The translations under genes and the position numbers were made by a program. Source: an uncultured delta proteobacterium (GTDB lineage: Bacteria > Desulfobacterota > Desulfomonilia > Desulfomonilales > Desulfomonilaceae). From it: DNA of 64,000 nucleotides. Numbering within the stretch: position 1 is the first letter of the stretch; every line of letters begins with the position of its first letter. Positions 1-10,537 of this stretch are shown here, piece after piece. A model generated the notes under the pieces. The model worked only from the letters and a program-made list of their open reading frames with translations, was not told the origin of the DNA and did not search any database. Location: NCBI GenBank assembly GCA_963789265.1, contig CAWBKB010000005.1, positions 128,001-192,000 of the forward strand, written 5' to 3'.

Positions 1-258
1 GAGCCCACTCGTGGCATTGACATTGCCGCCAAGGTCGACATCTACGAGCTGGTCGGATGGATGGCCGCCGAGGGAAAGGCCGTTCTAATCATCTCTTCGG
101 AGCTGCCCGAGCTCTTCGGAATCACCGACCGAATTATGGTGATGCGCCGCGGTCGCCTCGTCGCGGACCTCGTCACCTCAGAAACCACCCAGGAGGCCGT
201 GATGCAACTCATGGTGGGGCAGGCATCTGAAACTGTCTCAAAATCGAGGCCTGAGTGA
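1..258 (+). CDS. Sugar ABC transporter ATP-binding protein (RbsA/MglA type), C-terminal part, 5' truncated by the window
   Basis: Frame 1 from base 1 reads EPTRGIDIAAKVDIYELV...KAVLIISSELPEL..TDRIMVMRRG, the typical second NBD end of CUT2 ATPases. Confidence 0.9.
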   Translation, partial: EPTRGIDIAAKVDIYELVGWMAAEGKAVLIISSELPELFGITDRIMVMRRGRLVADLVTSETTQEAVMQLMVGQASETVSKSRPE

Positions 259-295
259 AATTCGTGGCTCAATGCCCCCTTTTCCTGGCAATGAA

Positions 296-1971
296 GAAAC
301 TGTCTCAAAAGTCGATTTTGGGCTCGCGATTCTCAACCGATTCTACTAATGAGATGTGAAAAGAGAATCGGAGAGGGAAAGGATTATGCCGCAAATCAGA
401 GCCGACTACAAGCAGGTGTTTCTGCTTCCGCCCGCTATAGATGACTGGATAGGGCCTGATCATCCAGCGCGCTTCATAGGAGACTTTGTGGATTCCTTGG
501 ATTTGGAGGTGCTGGGTTTTCGAGTTCCGAATGGCGAAACGGGCCGTCCTCCCTATAGTACCGATCTTTTGTTGAAGGCATGGCTCTACGGCTATTTCAG
601 CAGAATCAGGTCATCGCGCAAGCTTGAGAAGGCATGCATGGAGAACATGGGATTGATTTGGCTGACGGGTATGAATGCAGCGGATCATAATACCCTGTGG
701 CGATTCTGGAGGGACAACAAGAAGGTTTTCAAGGGAATATTCAAACAATCGGTTCAAGTGGCAGTCAAAGCCGAGTTGATAGGTATGGCGGTTCATGCAT
801 TGGATGGAACCAAGATCCCTGTCGGATCATCTCGGGAGAAGTTCAAGAACCAAGATCAGTTGGAGCGGATGCTTGAGAATTTGGACAAGTGCGTTGCCGA
901 CGTCATGACGGAGACAGAGAGGTGCGAGCAAGAGGAGGGTGGCGAATGGCGTCTTCCCGAAGCCCTGCAGGACGAGTTGAAACGCAAGGAGCGGATACAG
1001 AAGGCCTTGCAGGAATTGGATAAGACTGACAAGAAGGTCGTCCATCCCTGCGAGCCGGATGCCCGGTACATGAAGAACCGGCGGTCTACTGAGCCCTCTT
1101 ACAATGCTCAAGCGGTGGCAGACCAACAAAGCGGCATGATTGTGGCTGAGGAAGTGGTCGACGAAGGCAATGACAATGGGCAGCTTGTTCCCATGCTGGA
1201 TCGAGTTCAGGAAAATTTGGGCGCAACCGCAGAGGAAACCGTGGCGGACGCAGGATACTTCGCATCGGCTCAAATCGCGTTGGCCGAAGAGAAGGAGTAC
1301 GAGGTCTTGGTCGCCAAGTCGTCGGGAGAGTCCGCTGCGGAAAAAGGCGCTCAATGGGACCCTTATCACGCTTCCCAGTTCGTCTACGACCAAGAGCGAG
1401 ACGTCTGTATTTGTCCGCAAGGCGCATCGCTGAACTTTCTTCAGAAGAAAGTCACAGGAAAAAACGGAAACGAGATCCGGCGGTATCGATGCCGGGACTA
1501 CTTGACGTGTCCTGAACGGTGGAAGTGCAGCAAGAGCAAGAATGGCCGTCTCATAGACATTAACATCTATCGTGACGCAGTTGAGCGCCACCGCAAGAAA
1601 CGGGAGGTCCCGGAAAGCAAGACGCTACTCCGAGCCCGCAAGGTGATCATTGAGCCGGTCTTTGCATGGATAAAGAGCCACTTGGACTTTAGACGGTGGA
1701 CCGTGTCCGGATTATCCAATGCGAGGGCTCAATGGTCTTTGATGTGCGCCACCTTGAATCTCAAGAAGCTCTACAGCCATTGGCTGACGGGGCGTCTGGT
1801 GCTAACCGCGGCCTAAGACATCAGGACGGAGAGTGACTCATGGCTGCCTGAGGCATACTCATAGCCGGCCCCGGCTCGTCGGAGACAAGGGAGGCCAAGG
1901 TGCGAGATTAACCGCACCCTACCACCCCGAGAGTCGTCATCGTGCCACTACAACCGTTTTGAGACACTCTC
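296..1971 (+). mobile_element. IS1182-family insertion sequence
   Basis: Terminal inverted repeats GAAACTGTCTCAAAA (296-310) and TTTTGAGACACTCTC (1957-1971), 13/15 match, enclosing a transposase. Confidence 0.88.
386..1816 (+). CDS. IS1182-family DDE transposase
   Basis: GRPPY..LLK..LYGY...SSRKLE N-terminus, ALDGTKI, YNAQ, ADAGY, CPQG zinc motif, IEPVFAWIK; the ORF track starts at 356, ATG at 386 is more likely. Confidence 0.92.
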   Translation: MPQIRADYKQVFLLPPAIDDWIGPDHPARFIGDFVDSLDLEVLGFRVPNGETGRPPYSTDLLLKAWLYGYFSRIRSSRKLEKACMENMGLIWLTGMNAADHNTLWRFWRDNKKVFKGIFKQSVQVAVKAELIGMAVHALDGTKIPVGSSREKFKNQDQLERMLENLDKCVADVMTETERCEQEEGGEWRLPEALQDELKRKERIQKALQELDKTDKKVVHPCEPDARYMKNRRSTEPSYNAQAVADQQSGMIVAEEVVDEGNDNGQLVPMLDRVQENLGATAEETVADAGYFASAQIALAEEKEYEVLVAKSSGESAAEKGAQWDPYHASQFVYDQERDVCICPQGASLNFLQKKVTGKNGNEIRRYRCRDYLTCPERWKCSKSKNGRLIDINIYRDAVERHRKKREVPESKTLLRARKVIIEPVFAWIKSHLDFRRWTVSGLSNARAQWSLMCATLNLKKLYSHWLTGRLVLTAA

Positions 1972-2348
1972 TAAATCGCCGGGCTATTATCAGGATGTCC
2001 CTCCGGGACAAAGAGGACTTGAAGCTTATTTCAACGCCTGTGGGGGTTAGAGGGGATTTCATTTCAACTTTGAACGCGAATTCATATGAAAACGCCCCTG
2101 TTACACACCGGCAATTCCGCATGCCGCGCGGGACAGCCCTACTGACGTTTGCATGTTTCGTGTCTCTCTATAGCTATGGGAGTTGGTATCAACGATAACT
2201 AACTAATATTGAGGTATTTTATGTGCCGTTTCCAGTGCCTTGCCGGCACATGATATAGTTATTTTTTGTGACGAGGCCCCTAGAGTCCTCGACCATTTAG
2301 GGGTGACTCTATGTGCGGGCCGCATTTGCATAGATATATCCGGGGGTA

Positions 2349-2561
2349 ATGATGAAAAGGCTGTTTCTGCTCGTGTGGCTTCTGGCTGCTATGATTCTGC
2401 TTCCCATAACAGTATCGTCTGATGGCGACATGGTCTATTGCTGCCTGCGACCTTGTACTTGAGCAAGGTCTCATGCTGCGCCGACTTGCGTGAAGCGTAC
2501 TAGGGCCGAGTGCGAGCGTCTGCGTGGCGAGGTGGTCGTGGACTGCCTTCTCTGTGATTGA
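2349..2561 (+). CDS. Small secreted Cys-rich protein with in-frame TGA at 2460-2462 (selenoprotein candidate or pseudogene)
   Basis: Manual translation: MMKRLFLLVWLLAAMILLPITVSSDGDMVYCCLRPCT*ARSHAAPTCVKRTRAECERLRGEVVVDCLLCD; signal-peptide-like N-terminus and a Cys pattern that continues in frame after the TGA. Confidence 0.6.
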
Positions 2562-2841
2562 GAAAATTTTGCTCATTCATTCGGCCGCGTTATTCGGACG
2601 CGGGTCGTTTATTTGTAACTCTTCACCCTGCAATCAAGATTCACTGACACGTGAGACGCTGGATGCGCGGAGAACGTAGAGAAAAAAGAATACGAAATTA
2701 AACGCCACCTGAGCGACTCATGTCTAAATGAGGCCGAAATTGCCATGAGTGTCGCAGGATCAGGGCTTGCAATGCTCCAACGGATAGACACCGAGGAAAA
2801 AAGAATTCTCTGCCGTCTCCGCGGTTAACTATTACGTTCAT

Positions 2842-5584
2842 TTATGAGCATCCAGTGGTCGCACCGCAATTCAGACATTCATAGCAAGAACCTTGTCGCA
2901 CCATTATGGCGCCACAGTCATAACAGGCAGGCGCGTCCGATTGCGGATTGAAGGTATGACCCTCTGTCTGAGTAGGACGTGGAGCCGTTTCGGCCTCATT
3001 ACTCGCGGACGAGGATTGAGCTATCTCCTCCGTTCCCTTACCGGCAGGCAGAAGTCCGGCAGCCTTTTGCTGTTCTTCGTCCAGGAAGCGCAGCCCAAGG
3101 TACCGGAATATATAATCAGTTAGGGACTTAGCTATAGGAATATCAGGATTGGTCGTAAAACCCGACGGTTCGAAGCGCACGTGGCTAAATTTATTCACTA
3201 GCGCCTCTAGTGGAACGCCGTATTGAAGAGCGATGGAAGTTAGGGTCGCTATGGTGTCCATCAGACCCGAAATAGTGCTGCCTTCCTTGGACATCCGTAT
3301 GAAGATCTCTCCAACACTGCCATCATCGTAGAAGCCTGTATGAATGTATCCTTTCTGTCCCGCTATCTGGAACTTGTGTCGCACGGTCTTACAGTCAATC
3401 GGCAGTCGGCGCCTGACAGGGAGTGGTGGTTTGGCCTGTTCCCTGGACGATACCCCCACAGGTTGAACAGCTTTGCACCCATCGCGATAAACGGAGATCG
3501 CTTTGAGACCCAAACGCCAAGCTAGCCGAAAAATCTCCTCGATTCGTTCTACGCTGGTGTCGTTGGGGACATTGACAGTCTTGGAGATGGCTCCTGAAAT
3601 GAAGGGCTGCACCGCTGCCATCATTTTGAGATGTCCTTCAATGGGGACAGACCGCGTTCCTCTGGCGGGCCGGAAAGCACAGTCAAACACGGGCAGATGT
3701 TCAGGTGAAACCTCTCGAATCCCCTCGATAGTCCCGGTTTCTTCGATTTTTGAAACGATGTCCTTGACAACCGCGGCGGAATATCCAAGTCGTTCCAAGG
3801 CGCGGGCCACGGTTCTGTTCACGATTTCAAGATGTCCTCCGCCCGAAAGATGCTTATACTTGACCAGGGCGATCTCCGGTTCCACTCCGGTGGTGTCGCA
3901 GTCCATCATAAACGCCACTGTTCCCGTGGGAGCTACAACCGTGGCCTGACAGTTGGCGAACCCGTATTGTTCGCCTGTTGCTAAGGCGAGATCCCATACT
4001 TTCCCCGCCTGAGCCACCAATGTGTCGGGAGCGCCTGCGGGAGCAAGCCGATGCGCGTGCTCCCGGTGGTTCTTGACAACTCGGAGCATTGCATCCCGGT
4101 TCTTTTGAAATTCACTGAAAGGGCCCCTGACCGAGGCAATCCGGGCAGATTGAACATAAGCCTCCCCGGTCATGATAGCCGTTATCGTAGATGCCCATGT
4201 ACCGCCCTCATCGGAGTCGTAGGGAAGACCGAGCGCCATGATAAGTGCACCCAGATCGGCATATCCCAGCCCCAGCGCCCTCAAGTTTCGTGAATTCTTC
4301 GCAATTGCAGGCGTCGGATATCCTGCTTTATCCACAATGATGTCCTGGGCCGTTATCATGATGTCTACCGTGTGACGAAAGGCGTCTGCCTGAAAAAGGT
4401 CCCCTTGATCCAAAAAGGCCGTAAGTTTGAGCGAGGCCAAGTTGCAGGCGGAATCGTCCACGTGCATGTATTCGGAACAGGGATTGGAGGCCCTGATGGG
4501 CGCGGTTTCCGGACATGTGTGCCAGCGGTTAATGATCGTGTCGAATTGAATTCCCGGATCCCCGCACGCGTGAGCCGCCTTGGCGATTTCTTCCAGGATG
4601 TCACGTGCGCGATGCGTGTCTGCGACCTCTCCGGAAACTACGAACCTTGTCTTCCATTCCCTGTCGGCCTCAACGGCCTCCATGAATTCGTCAGTCACCC
4701 TGACCGAATGATTGGAATTCTGAAAAGCCACGGTGGAATAAGCCTCACCCTCGAGCGAACCCTTGTAACCCGCATTGACCAGCACATGAACCTTTTTCTC
4801 TTCGTCCGCTTTGGAACGTACGAATTCGAGTATGTCGGGATGATCGACATTCAACACCACCATTTTGGCTGCGCGGCGGGTTTTGCCCCCAGATTTGATC
4901 ACGCCTGCCGACGCTGTCCGCGGCCTTCATGAAAGAAATAGGACCTGACGCGGTGCCGCCTCCGGTGAGAGGCTCTCTCGCGGACCTTAATCCGGACACG
5001 TTGACTCCCGAGCCGGAGCCGCCTTTAAAGATGATTCCTTCCTGAGTGTACCAGTGGAGTATGGACTCCATAGTGTCGTCCACACTTACGATAAAGCAGG
5101 CAGAACATTGGGGTACGGGCTCCACCCCCACATTGAACCAGACCGGGCTGTTAAAAGAGGCTTTCTGATGGAGCATTAGGTGCATCAATTCATCCCGGAA
5201 CACTTTTTCGTCTTCTTCAGCGGCAAAGTATCCCTGTTCTCCTCCCCACGCGGCTATAGTATCAACTACCCTGGAAAGAAGATGTCTGACACTTGTCTCT
5301 CTGTCGGGCTTTCCGGGATGGCCTCTGAAATACCTGGAAACCACTACATTGAGAGCCATATCCGACCAGAAGTCCGGCGCCTCAATGCCGTGCTGCTCGA
5401 AGATGACCTCCCCGCTCTGATTGCGGATTACTGCCGAACGTTTCTTCCATTGCACCATTTCCAGTGGATCTTTGTCCTGGATGGAGAAAAATCGCCGAAA
5501 CCTCAAACCTTCCCCGACAATTTCCACGGTAGATGTAAGGGGTCCGACGAAACGTTCCCTGATAGGCTTAACCCGATTGGACAT
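2842..5584 (-). CDS. nrdJ: Vitamin B12-dependent (class II) ribonucleotide reductase, split by a +1 frameshift near 4916
   Basis: FNSPVWFN, QCSACFI, IKSGGKTRRAAKM, NPCSEY, APTGT, AISKTVN, C-terminal CxxC..CxxC..GCS; removing one base restores FMKAADASAGVIKSGG; ATG at 5584 with an AGGAG RBS. Confidence 0.92.
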
Positions 5585-5673
5585 TCTCCTGCTCCTAATT
5601 CCCACTTTCACATAAATTAAATCAGTTAGTTAATCAATCAAGAGATTCTCCCGCCCGTATTTCCGAGTTTGCC

Positions 5674-6111
5674 TCAAGAAGGTGCTGCAGCATGTCCGCC
5701 GGATCGAGAAAAGGCCACAACTTGCGCCGACTGTCTAGTCAGCCTTCGCAAATTGATCTGCCGGCATCTCGGACACACGCTGAAGTGCAGCACGGAAGTG
5801 TAGCCGCAGATCAAACATTCATATATTCTGCCAGGATTGTCGATCTCTGCCAATGGAATGTGAAACGCCGGCCGGCCGGCTCGCATTTGGCTCCGCCGGC
5901 GCAACTGATCCTTGTCCAGGAATCCGCCGTAAAACAGTTTGCAGTAGATCTTTTCTAGCTGTTTCCAACCCAACCCGTATTTTTCCAGCAATTCTTCATC
6001 GGTAAGGTCTGACAAAATATCGCCAAGGATTTCCGATACTTTAAGCAGCTTGGTAACCTTGGTAACTTTGACCACTTTCTTTCTCATTCGTAACCCTCTT
6101 TTATTAATCAA
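5674..6111 (-). CDS. Hypothetical protein with helical N-terminal motif and C-terminal CxxC...CPxC zinc ribbon
   Basis: EILGDILSDLTDEELLEKYGL motif, YECLICG...VCPRC; co-oriented upstream of nrdJ. Confidence 0.7.
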   Translation of the reverse strand: MINKRGLRMRKKVVKVTKVTKLLKVSEILGDILSDLTDEELLEKYGLGWKQLEKIYCKLFYGGFLDKDQLRRRSQMRAGRPAFHIPLAEIDNPGRIYECLICGYTSVLHFSVCPRCRQINLRRLTRQSAQVVAFSRSGGHAAAPS

Positions 6112-6312
6112 ATACTTTAATTATAATGCAAAACATGTTCATTTTTCAACATTTAAAAATATAGCGGCCCTTCCATGGCCAAAAGGTAACAAAGGCGATG
6201 CATAACTCCAATAATACTGGTATGATTTATTTGGAAAATCGGGGCGAATGGAGGCCTATTAGGTCTCTTCAGGGCCGCGACCGGATCTTTTTGGACGTCA
6301 TGGAGATGAACC

Positions 6313-6663
6313 TTGGCTCGGGAAGGTGATTATCCGTTAGTCTCGACGGCTTTTCGGGCGGTGCTTCTGCTGGTCTTGTTGACCTGGCTTTGGGGATGCG
6401 CTGCGGTGTTCCCCGAAAGGAAGACCACCTCAGATGGTCCCAAAATCCTGGAAGAGGACACGACGAACGATGGTGCGTCTAAGAAGAAGGCAACAGAGGG
6501 GGAGACTCCCGGGGTGAGCAAGCCATCCCAGTCGGAAGAAGAAGCGCCCTACGCGGTCCCGCCGGAACATCGTGAACCGCGACGTTATATATGGAGGGAT
6601 CGAAAAGGAGCCATCAAGGGATGGGAATCATCCCCGGAAGGGACCGACAGGAAGGAACCCTAA
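6313..6663 (+). CDS. Putative lipoprotein
   Basis: Hydrophobic stretch ending in a LWGC lipobox-like motif, then a hydrophilic tail. Confidence 0.55.
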   Translation: MAREGDYPLVSTAFRAVLLLVLLTWLWGCAAVFPERKTTSDGPKILEEDTTNDGASKKKATEGETPGVSKPSQSEEEAPYAVPPEHREPRRYIWRDRKGAIKGWESSPEGTDRKEP

Positions 6664-7042
6664 TCTCCTTCGAGGCTTTCTTGGCGCGGCCTCATTCATG
6701 AACATCTGAATTGAATCGTGTCAAGATTTGCGCTTAGTACCTCCTTTTGGCAAATACGGTTACGTTAAGAACTCGGTCCGAAAGAAGATTTCTTCGTCCC
6801 GCGAGAAAGCAATCTCCACGGTGAAAATACGCGATCTAATTTATGAAACAGAGCAGTCAGCACCGAGGCGCGGCATGCTGTGCCACCACCTGGGCGCATC
6901 CGTGTCCGTACCGAAGTTCGAGGCGCAATAAGCCGAAGATCATATATTGAAAACTCAGACGTCGGATAGTACAAGGGAGATCCATCCGGAATTGCACGGA
7001 CGACGATTGTGCTTGTGGATGGAAACGGAGAATTTGTAGGGA

Positions 7043-8245
7043 ATGTCCACTATATTGTTCAATGGCCAGTTTCTGCTGATATCGGCAACTAATCTTTGCT
7101 TGTTTCTCGTTGTGGCGACATGGAGCTTTTTGCCTGTGGTCATTGTGGGGATGGGGGGCAACAGCGCTGACGCCGGCCTCGTAATTGGCTCGATCGGGGT
7201 TACTTCGTTAGGATCTTTGCCTTTGCTGGCACCCTTGATTGATCGCTATGGACGGAAGTCCTTCATCGTTGGCGGAATCCTTCTGATGGGTATTACCAAC
7301 GCCGGGTTCCTTCTCTTTAAGAGTTATTCTCCCCTGATGTTAATTGTGCGCGTAATCCAGGGAATTGCCTTCGCAGCATGCTTCAATGGTTGTGCCACCG
7401 CTGTCGTGGACTTGATTCCACCCGAGCACCGTGCTCAGGGGATAGGATTCTTCGGAGTCTCCGGCTCCCTGGCTGTTGCGATTGGGCCGTACATAGGAGA
7501 GGTCTTTCTCACAAGATGGGGAAATACCGCGTACTTTCTCCTACTGGTAGGCTTTGGTTTGATCGGATTCTTGATGGCGCTCATGATCACGGAGTCGGAT
7601 CGCAACATTGACCATGCGCGCCTGCAAGGGTTCTTCCCGACTGCCTTTCACGACGGTCACCTACCCATGATGGTCTTGGCGGCGATTTTTGGTTCCGGAT
7701 TCGCAGCCATGAACACGTTTATTCCTCTTTTCGCAAAGAGCCTGGGCCTCAAGGCCGGCCTGTTCTTTATTTGTTACGGATGCAGTCTTCTCATCGTCAG
7801 GATGGCGCTGGGGCAACTTGCCGATAGCATCAATAGAGACAAACTTATTCTTGCCTGTTTGATGGGGTTCGGAGTAATGCTGGTCTCCACGTCCCGTATG
7901 GATTCCATGATTCAGATGGTTCTTCTCGGGGGCCTATTCGGTGTTTTACAGGGTCTCTCTTATCCGGCTATGATGGCGAGAATGGTAGACCGAGCCGATG
8001 CCCATAATCTAGGGGTTGTAGTGGCGCTATTCACAGGTTCTTTCGGTGTAGGACTAAACATCTCGGTGCTGGGTTGGGGTGTCCTTGCGCACGCCAAGGG
8101 CCTTTCATCTATGTTTCTCATTGGAGGGCTCGTAATGTTTGCTTGCGCGGTGGTAGCTGTTTGGCCACTTGTGGCAGGCAAGGAGACCTCGTTGACAAAG
8201 CCGATTGTTGAGGAAAGCAAGAACGAGGATAGAGCACTTAGATAA
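7043..8245 (+). CDS. MFS transporter
   Basis: Many hydrophobic segments, motif A-like APLIDRYGRK and GQLADSINR. Confidence 0.9.
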   Translation: MSTILFNGQFLLISATNLCLFLVVATWSFLPVVIVGMGGNSADAGLVIGSIGVTSLGSLPLLAPLIDRYGRKSFIVGGILLMGITNAGFLLFKSYSPLMLIVRVIQGIAFAACFNGCATAVVDLIPPEHRAQGIGFFGVSGSLAVAIGPYIGEVFLTRWGNTAYFLLLVGFGLIGFLMALMITESDRNIDHARLQGFFPTAFHDGHLPMMVLAAIFGSGFAAMNTFIPLFAKSLGLKAGLFFICYGCSLLIVRMALGQLADSINRDKLILACLMGFGVMLVSTSRMDSMIQMVLLGGLFGVLQGLSYPAMMARMVDRADAHNLGVVVALFTGSFGVGLNISVLGWGVLAHAKGLSSMFLIGGLVMFACAVVAVWPLVAGKETSLTKPIVEESKNEDRALR

Positions 8246-8328
8246 TCCCTTTCCATTTTACTGCGGCGCCCGGCCGGACATAGTTGCTTCGACTGGAGCA
8301 ACGCCTTTGAATCCTTCAGGAGGAAACA

Positions 8329-8550
8329 ATGAGACGGCAAATTGAAGCAGCACTGGAGAAGATTCGGCCCTCGCTCCAACAGGATGGCGGGGATATCGAA
8401 CTTGTCGGCGTATCGGAAGACGGGGTCGTCACCGTCAGACTGACCGGAGCCTGCGGTGGCTGTCCGATGTCGCAGATGACGCTTCAGCATGGGGTGGAAC
8501 GGCTGCTCAGACGGCACGTTCCTGCAGTAAAGCGAGTGGAATCTGCTTGA
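8329..8550 (+). CDS. NifU/Nfu-domain Fe-S cluster carrier protein
   Basis: IRPSLQQDGGDIELV...LTGACGGCPMS; AGGAGG RBS. Confidence 0.93.
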   Translation: MRRQIEAALEKIRPSLQQDGGDIELVGVSEDGVVTVRLTGACGGCPMSQMTLQHGVERLLRRHVPAVKRVESA

Positions 8551-8567
8551 GCTTCACCGAGCGTTTT

Positions 8568-9608
8568 TCACCGGACATAACCGATACCTTTCACTCTCAC
8601 GATATTTCCGTCGACCTCTGCATTCACACCCAGCATCTTTTGCACCAGCCAGAGGTTGGCTGTCACATGCTCAGTTACCCGTGGGATGGTATATTCGCTC
8701 ACGCCATCTGCCAGCGCCGCAAACAGGATCAACTGATCGGCCAGATAGCGGTCGGTGGCTGCTCCGGAATCGAGGTCCTCGAGGAGGGATCGGGCGACAA
8801 AATCCGCAATGGCTTCAGATTTTCGGCCAAGTTTGCCGGCCTGATCCGCACCCAACAGACAGCCGGTGTCTGTCTCCGCCCAGACAATGAGCGCAGCCCC
8901 TCTTTGAGCAGCGGCCGAATCTTCCATCACCTGTATATCCTCATCGTAGCCCCTTTCCTTCAGGATAGCCGCGCATCGGTCAGCCATTCTGTGGCTAACA
9001 TGCTGCTCTCTCAGATGAGATGAAAGCGCAATTCCTCGGATTATGCGTACGGCCCCTTGTTCGGCCATGCGCAAAGGCTTGAGGGGCGAGCGAATAGGAC
9101 TTACCACCACTCTCAGCGTGCCGCCTCCTTTTGGAACGTATCCGGGCCTCAGCATGTCCGGCGTTACATCCGCGCCCATGCGTTGAAGAAGCGGCAACAG
9201 GACCTTTTGCATGTGGAAAAAGCTGGGAGCAAAATCCTGAAAGAGACCGCCCGTGATGGTGAGTCGCGATGTTTGATGAGCAAACAGACAAGATGGGATC
9301 AAAGTGAAACCGGCCATGGTAGCGGAACCGGCCGTTCCTATGTCAAAATCGAAATCTCCACCCTCTATCGTTTCTCCCGGCCGATAGACAATCTCCTGAG
9401 AACCGACTTCAGCGCCTTCCACTTCCCCTCCTGAGATGGCGCAGCACGACGTCAAGGCAATCAGGTGCTGGGCCCGCAGCCCGGGCTTGGGGCGTTTAGC
9501 GCGAATGCGCGTCATGTGCAGGGGTTCCCCTGTCAGAGTGGCCAAAGCTACGGCATACCTCAGGAGAGTTCCACTTCCAGAAAGAATTGAGCCGTCGATC
9601 TCACGCAT
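8568..9608 (-). CDS. rtcA: RNA 3'-terminal phosphate cyclase
   Basis: IDGS..SGSGTLLR, IRAKRPKPGLRAQHL, DIGTAGS, GYVPKGGG, DRYLADQL, catalytic His in TEHVTAN. Confidence 0.93.
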   Translation of the reverse strand: MREIDGSILSGSGTLLRYAVALATLTGEPLHMTRIRAKRPKPGLRAQHLIALTSCCAISGGEVEGAEVGSQEIVYRPGETIEGGDFDFDIGTAGSATMAGFTLIPSCLFAHQTSRLTITGGLFQDFAPSFFHMQKVLLPLLQRMGADVTPDMLRPGYVPKGGGTLRVVVSPIRSPLKPLRMAEQGAVRIIRGIALSSHLREQHVSHRMADRCAAILKERGYDEDIQVMEDSAAAQRGAALIVWAETDTGCLLGADQAGKLGRKSEAIADFVARSLLEDLDSGAATDRYLADQLILFAALADGVSEYTIPRVTEHVTANLWLVQKMLGVNAEVDGNIVRVKGIGYVR

Positions 9609-9751
9609 GAGCCTGACTCCCGGAGCCACCGCTGATTACCAATTGGTTTAATGTAATTCGGAACGTGCAAACCGACAATGAAAAGATGTATGGGCTCGGA
9701 ACAAGCATTTGCTATAGTGCATGGTATCATTGAAGGTGAAAGGAGGAATCA

Positions 9752-9958
9752 ATGCCCTACGTCAACATCAGGATTACAAAGGACACGACCACCCCGGAAC
9801 AGAAGGTCGAACTCATTCGAGGCGTTACACAACTTTTGGTCGATGTGCTCGGTAAGGACCCGCAAACTACCTTTGTTGTGATTGATGAAGTAGATACGGA
9901 TAATTGGGGCGTTGCAGGTCAGAGCGTCACAGAAAGGCGCCGGGCTTCACGCAAGTAG
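9752..9958 (+). CDS. 4-oxalocrotonate tautomerase family protein
   Basis: N-terminal catalytic Pro (MPYVNI), EQKVELI, NWGVAG; 68 aa. Confidence 0.92.
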   Translation: MPYVNIRITKDTTTPEQKVELIRGVTQLLVDVLGKDPQTTFVVIDEVDTDNWGVAGQSVTERRRASRK

Positions 9959-9992
9959 CTGCAAAGATATTCCCCGACTGAGGAGAGCCACG

Positions 9993-10449
9993 ATGGATAA
10001 GATTTCGCAACGCGCCGGAGAGGTTTTTGAATCCGGATACTATTGTGCTGAAAGTGTTCTACTTGCTGTAGCGGAAAGCCGAGGGATCGAATCAGAATTG
10101 ATTCCCAGGATCGCGACGGGATTCTGCGGCGGTATGTCAAGAACCTGTGGCACGTGCGGAGCCGTAAGTGGAGGCGTCATGGCGATTGGTTTGTGCCTGG
10201 GGAGGACTGCTCCAGGCGAGTCCGTTGCGCCTGCGTACAGCGCTGTCGGAAAGTTCTCGGAGAAGTTCAAAGCGCGGTTTGGCTCAATCAATTGCAAGGA
10301 CCTGACCGGATGCGATCTCAGGTACAGAAGCAGGGCAAAACTACTTCAAGTCCTACAACATCAGGAAGCAATGCAAGGGCTACACGGAGGAGGCCGCGCG
10401 AATCGCTATGTTGCTGATCGAGGAGAAACTTGGCAATCCGGGCACGTGA
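9993..10449 (+). CDS. C-GCAxxG-C-C family redox protein, +1 frameshift near 10320
   Basis: GYYCAESV, GTCGAVSGG, FGSINCKDL; removing one A restores CDLGTEAGQ...QCKGYTEEAARIA. Confidence 0.85.
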
Positions 10450-10537
10450 CCAGATTTCAGAAAAATTCACGGTAGTTCCCGGCAAATCTCATAGATAGAG
10501 ATTTGCCGGAAACGGCGTCAGTCCATCCGGCCCAATG

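Noticed and set aside
827..1591. Long antisense ORFs here and opposite other genes (e.g. 56887..57654, 53516..54175, 48969..49622)
   Set aside because: Shadow ORFs of well-supported genes, with no motifs of their own
2714..2756. Hairpin GCGACTCATG...CATGAGTGTCGC downstream of nrdJ as an ncRNA
   Set aside because: A single hairpin with no other support; could be a terminator or chance
4745..4932. Programmed frameshift or naturally split nrdJ
   Set aside because: The break falls in a conserved motif, there is no slippery sequence, and the same +1 pattern occurs in five other genes
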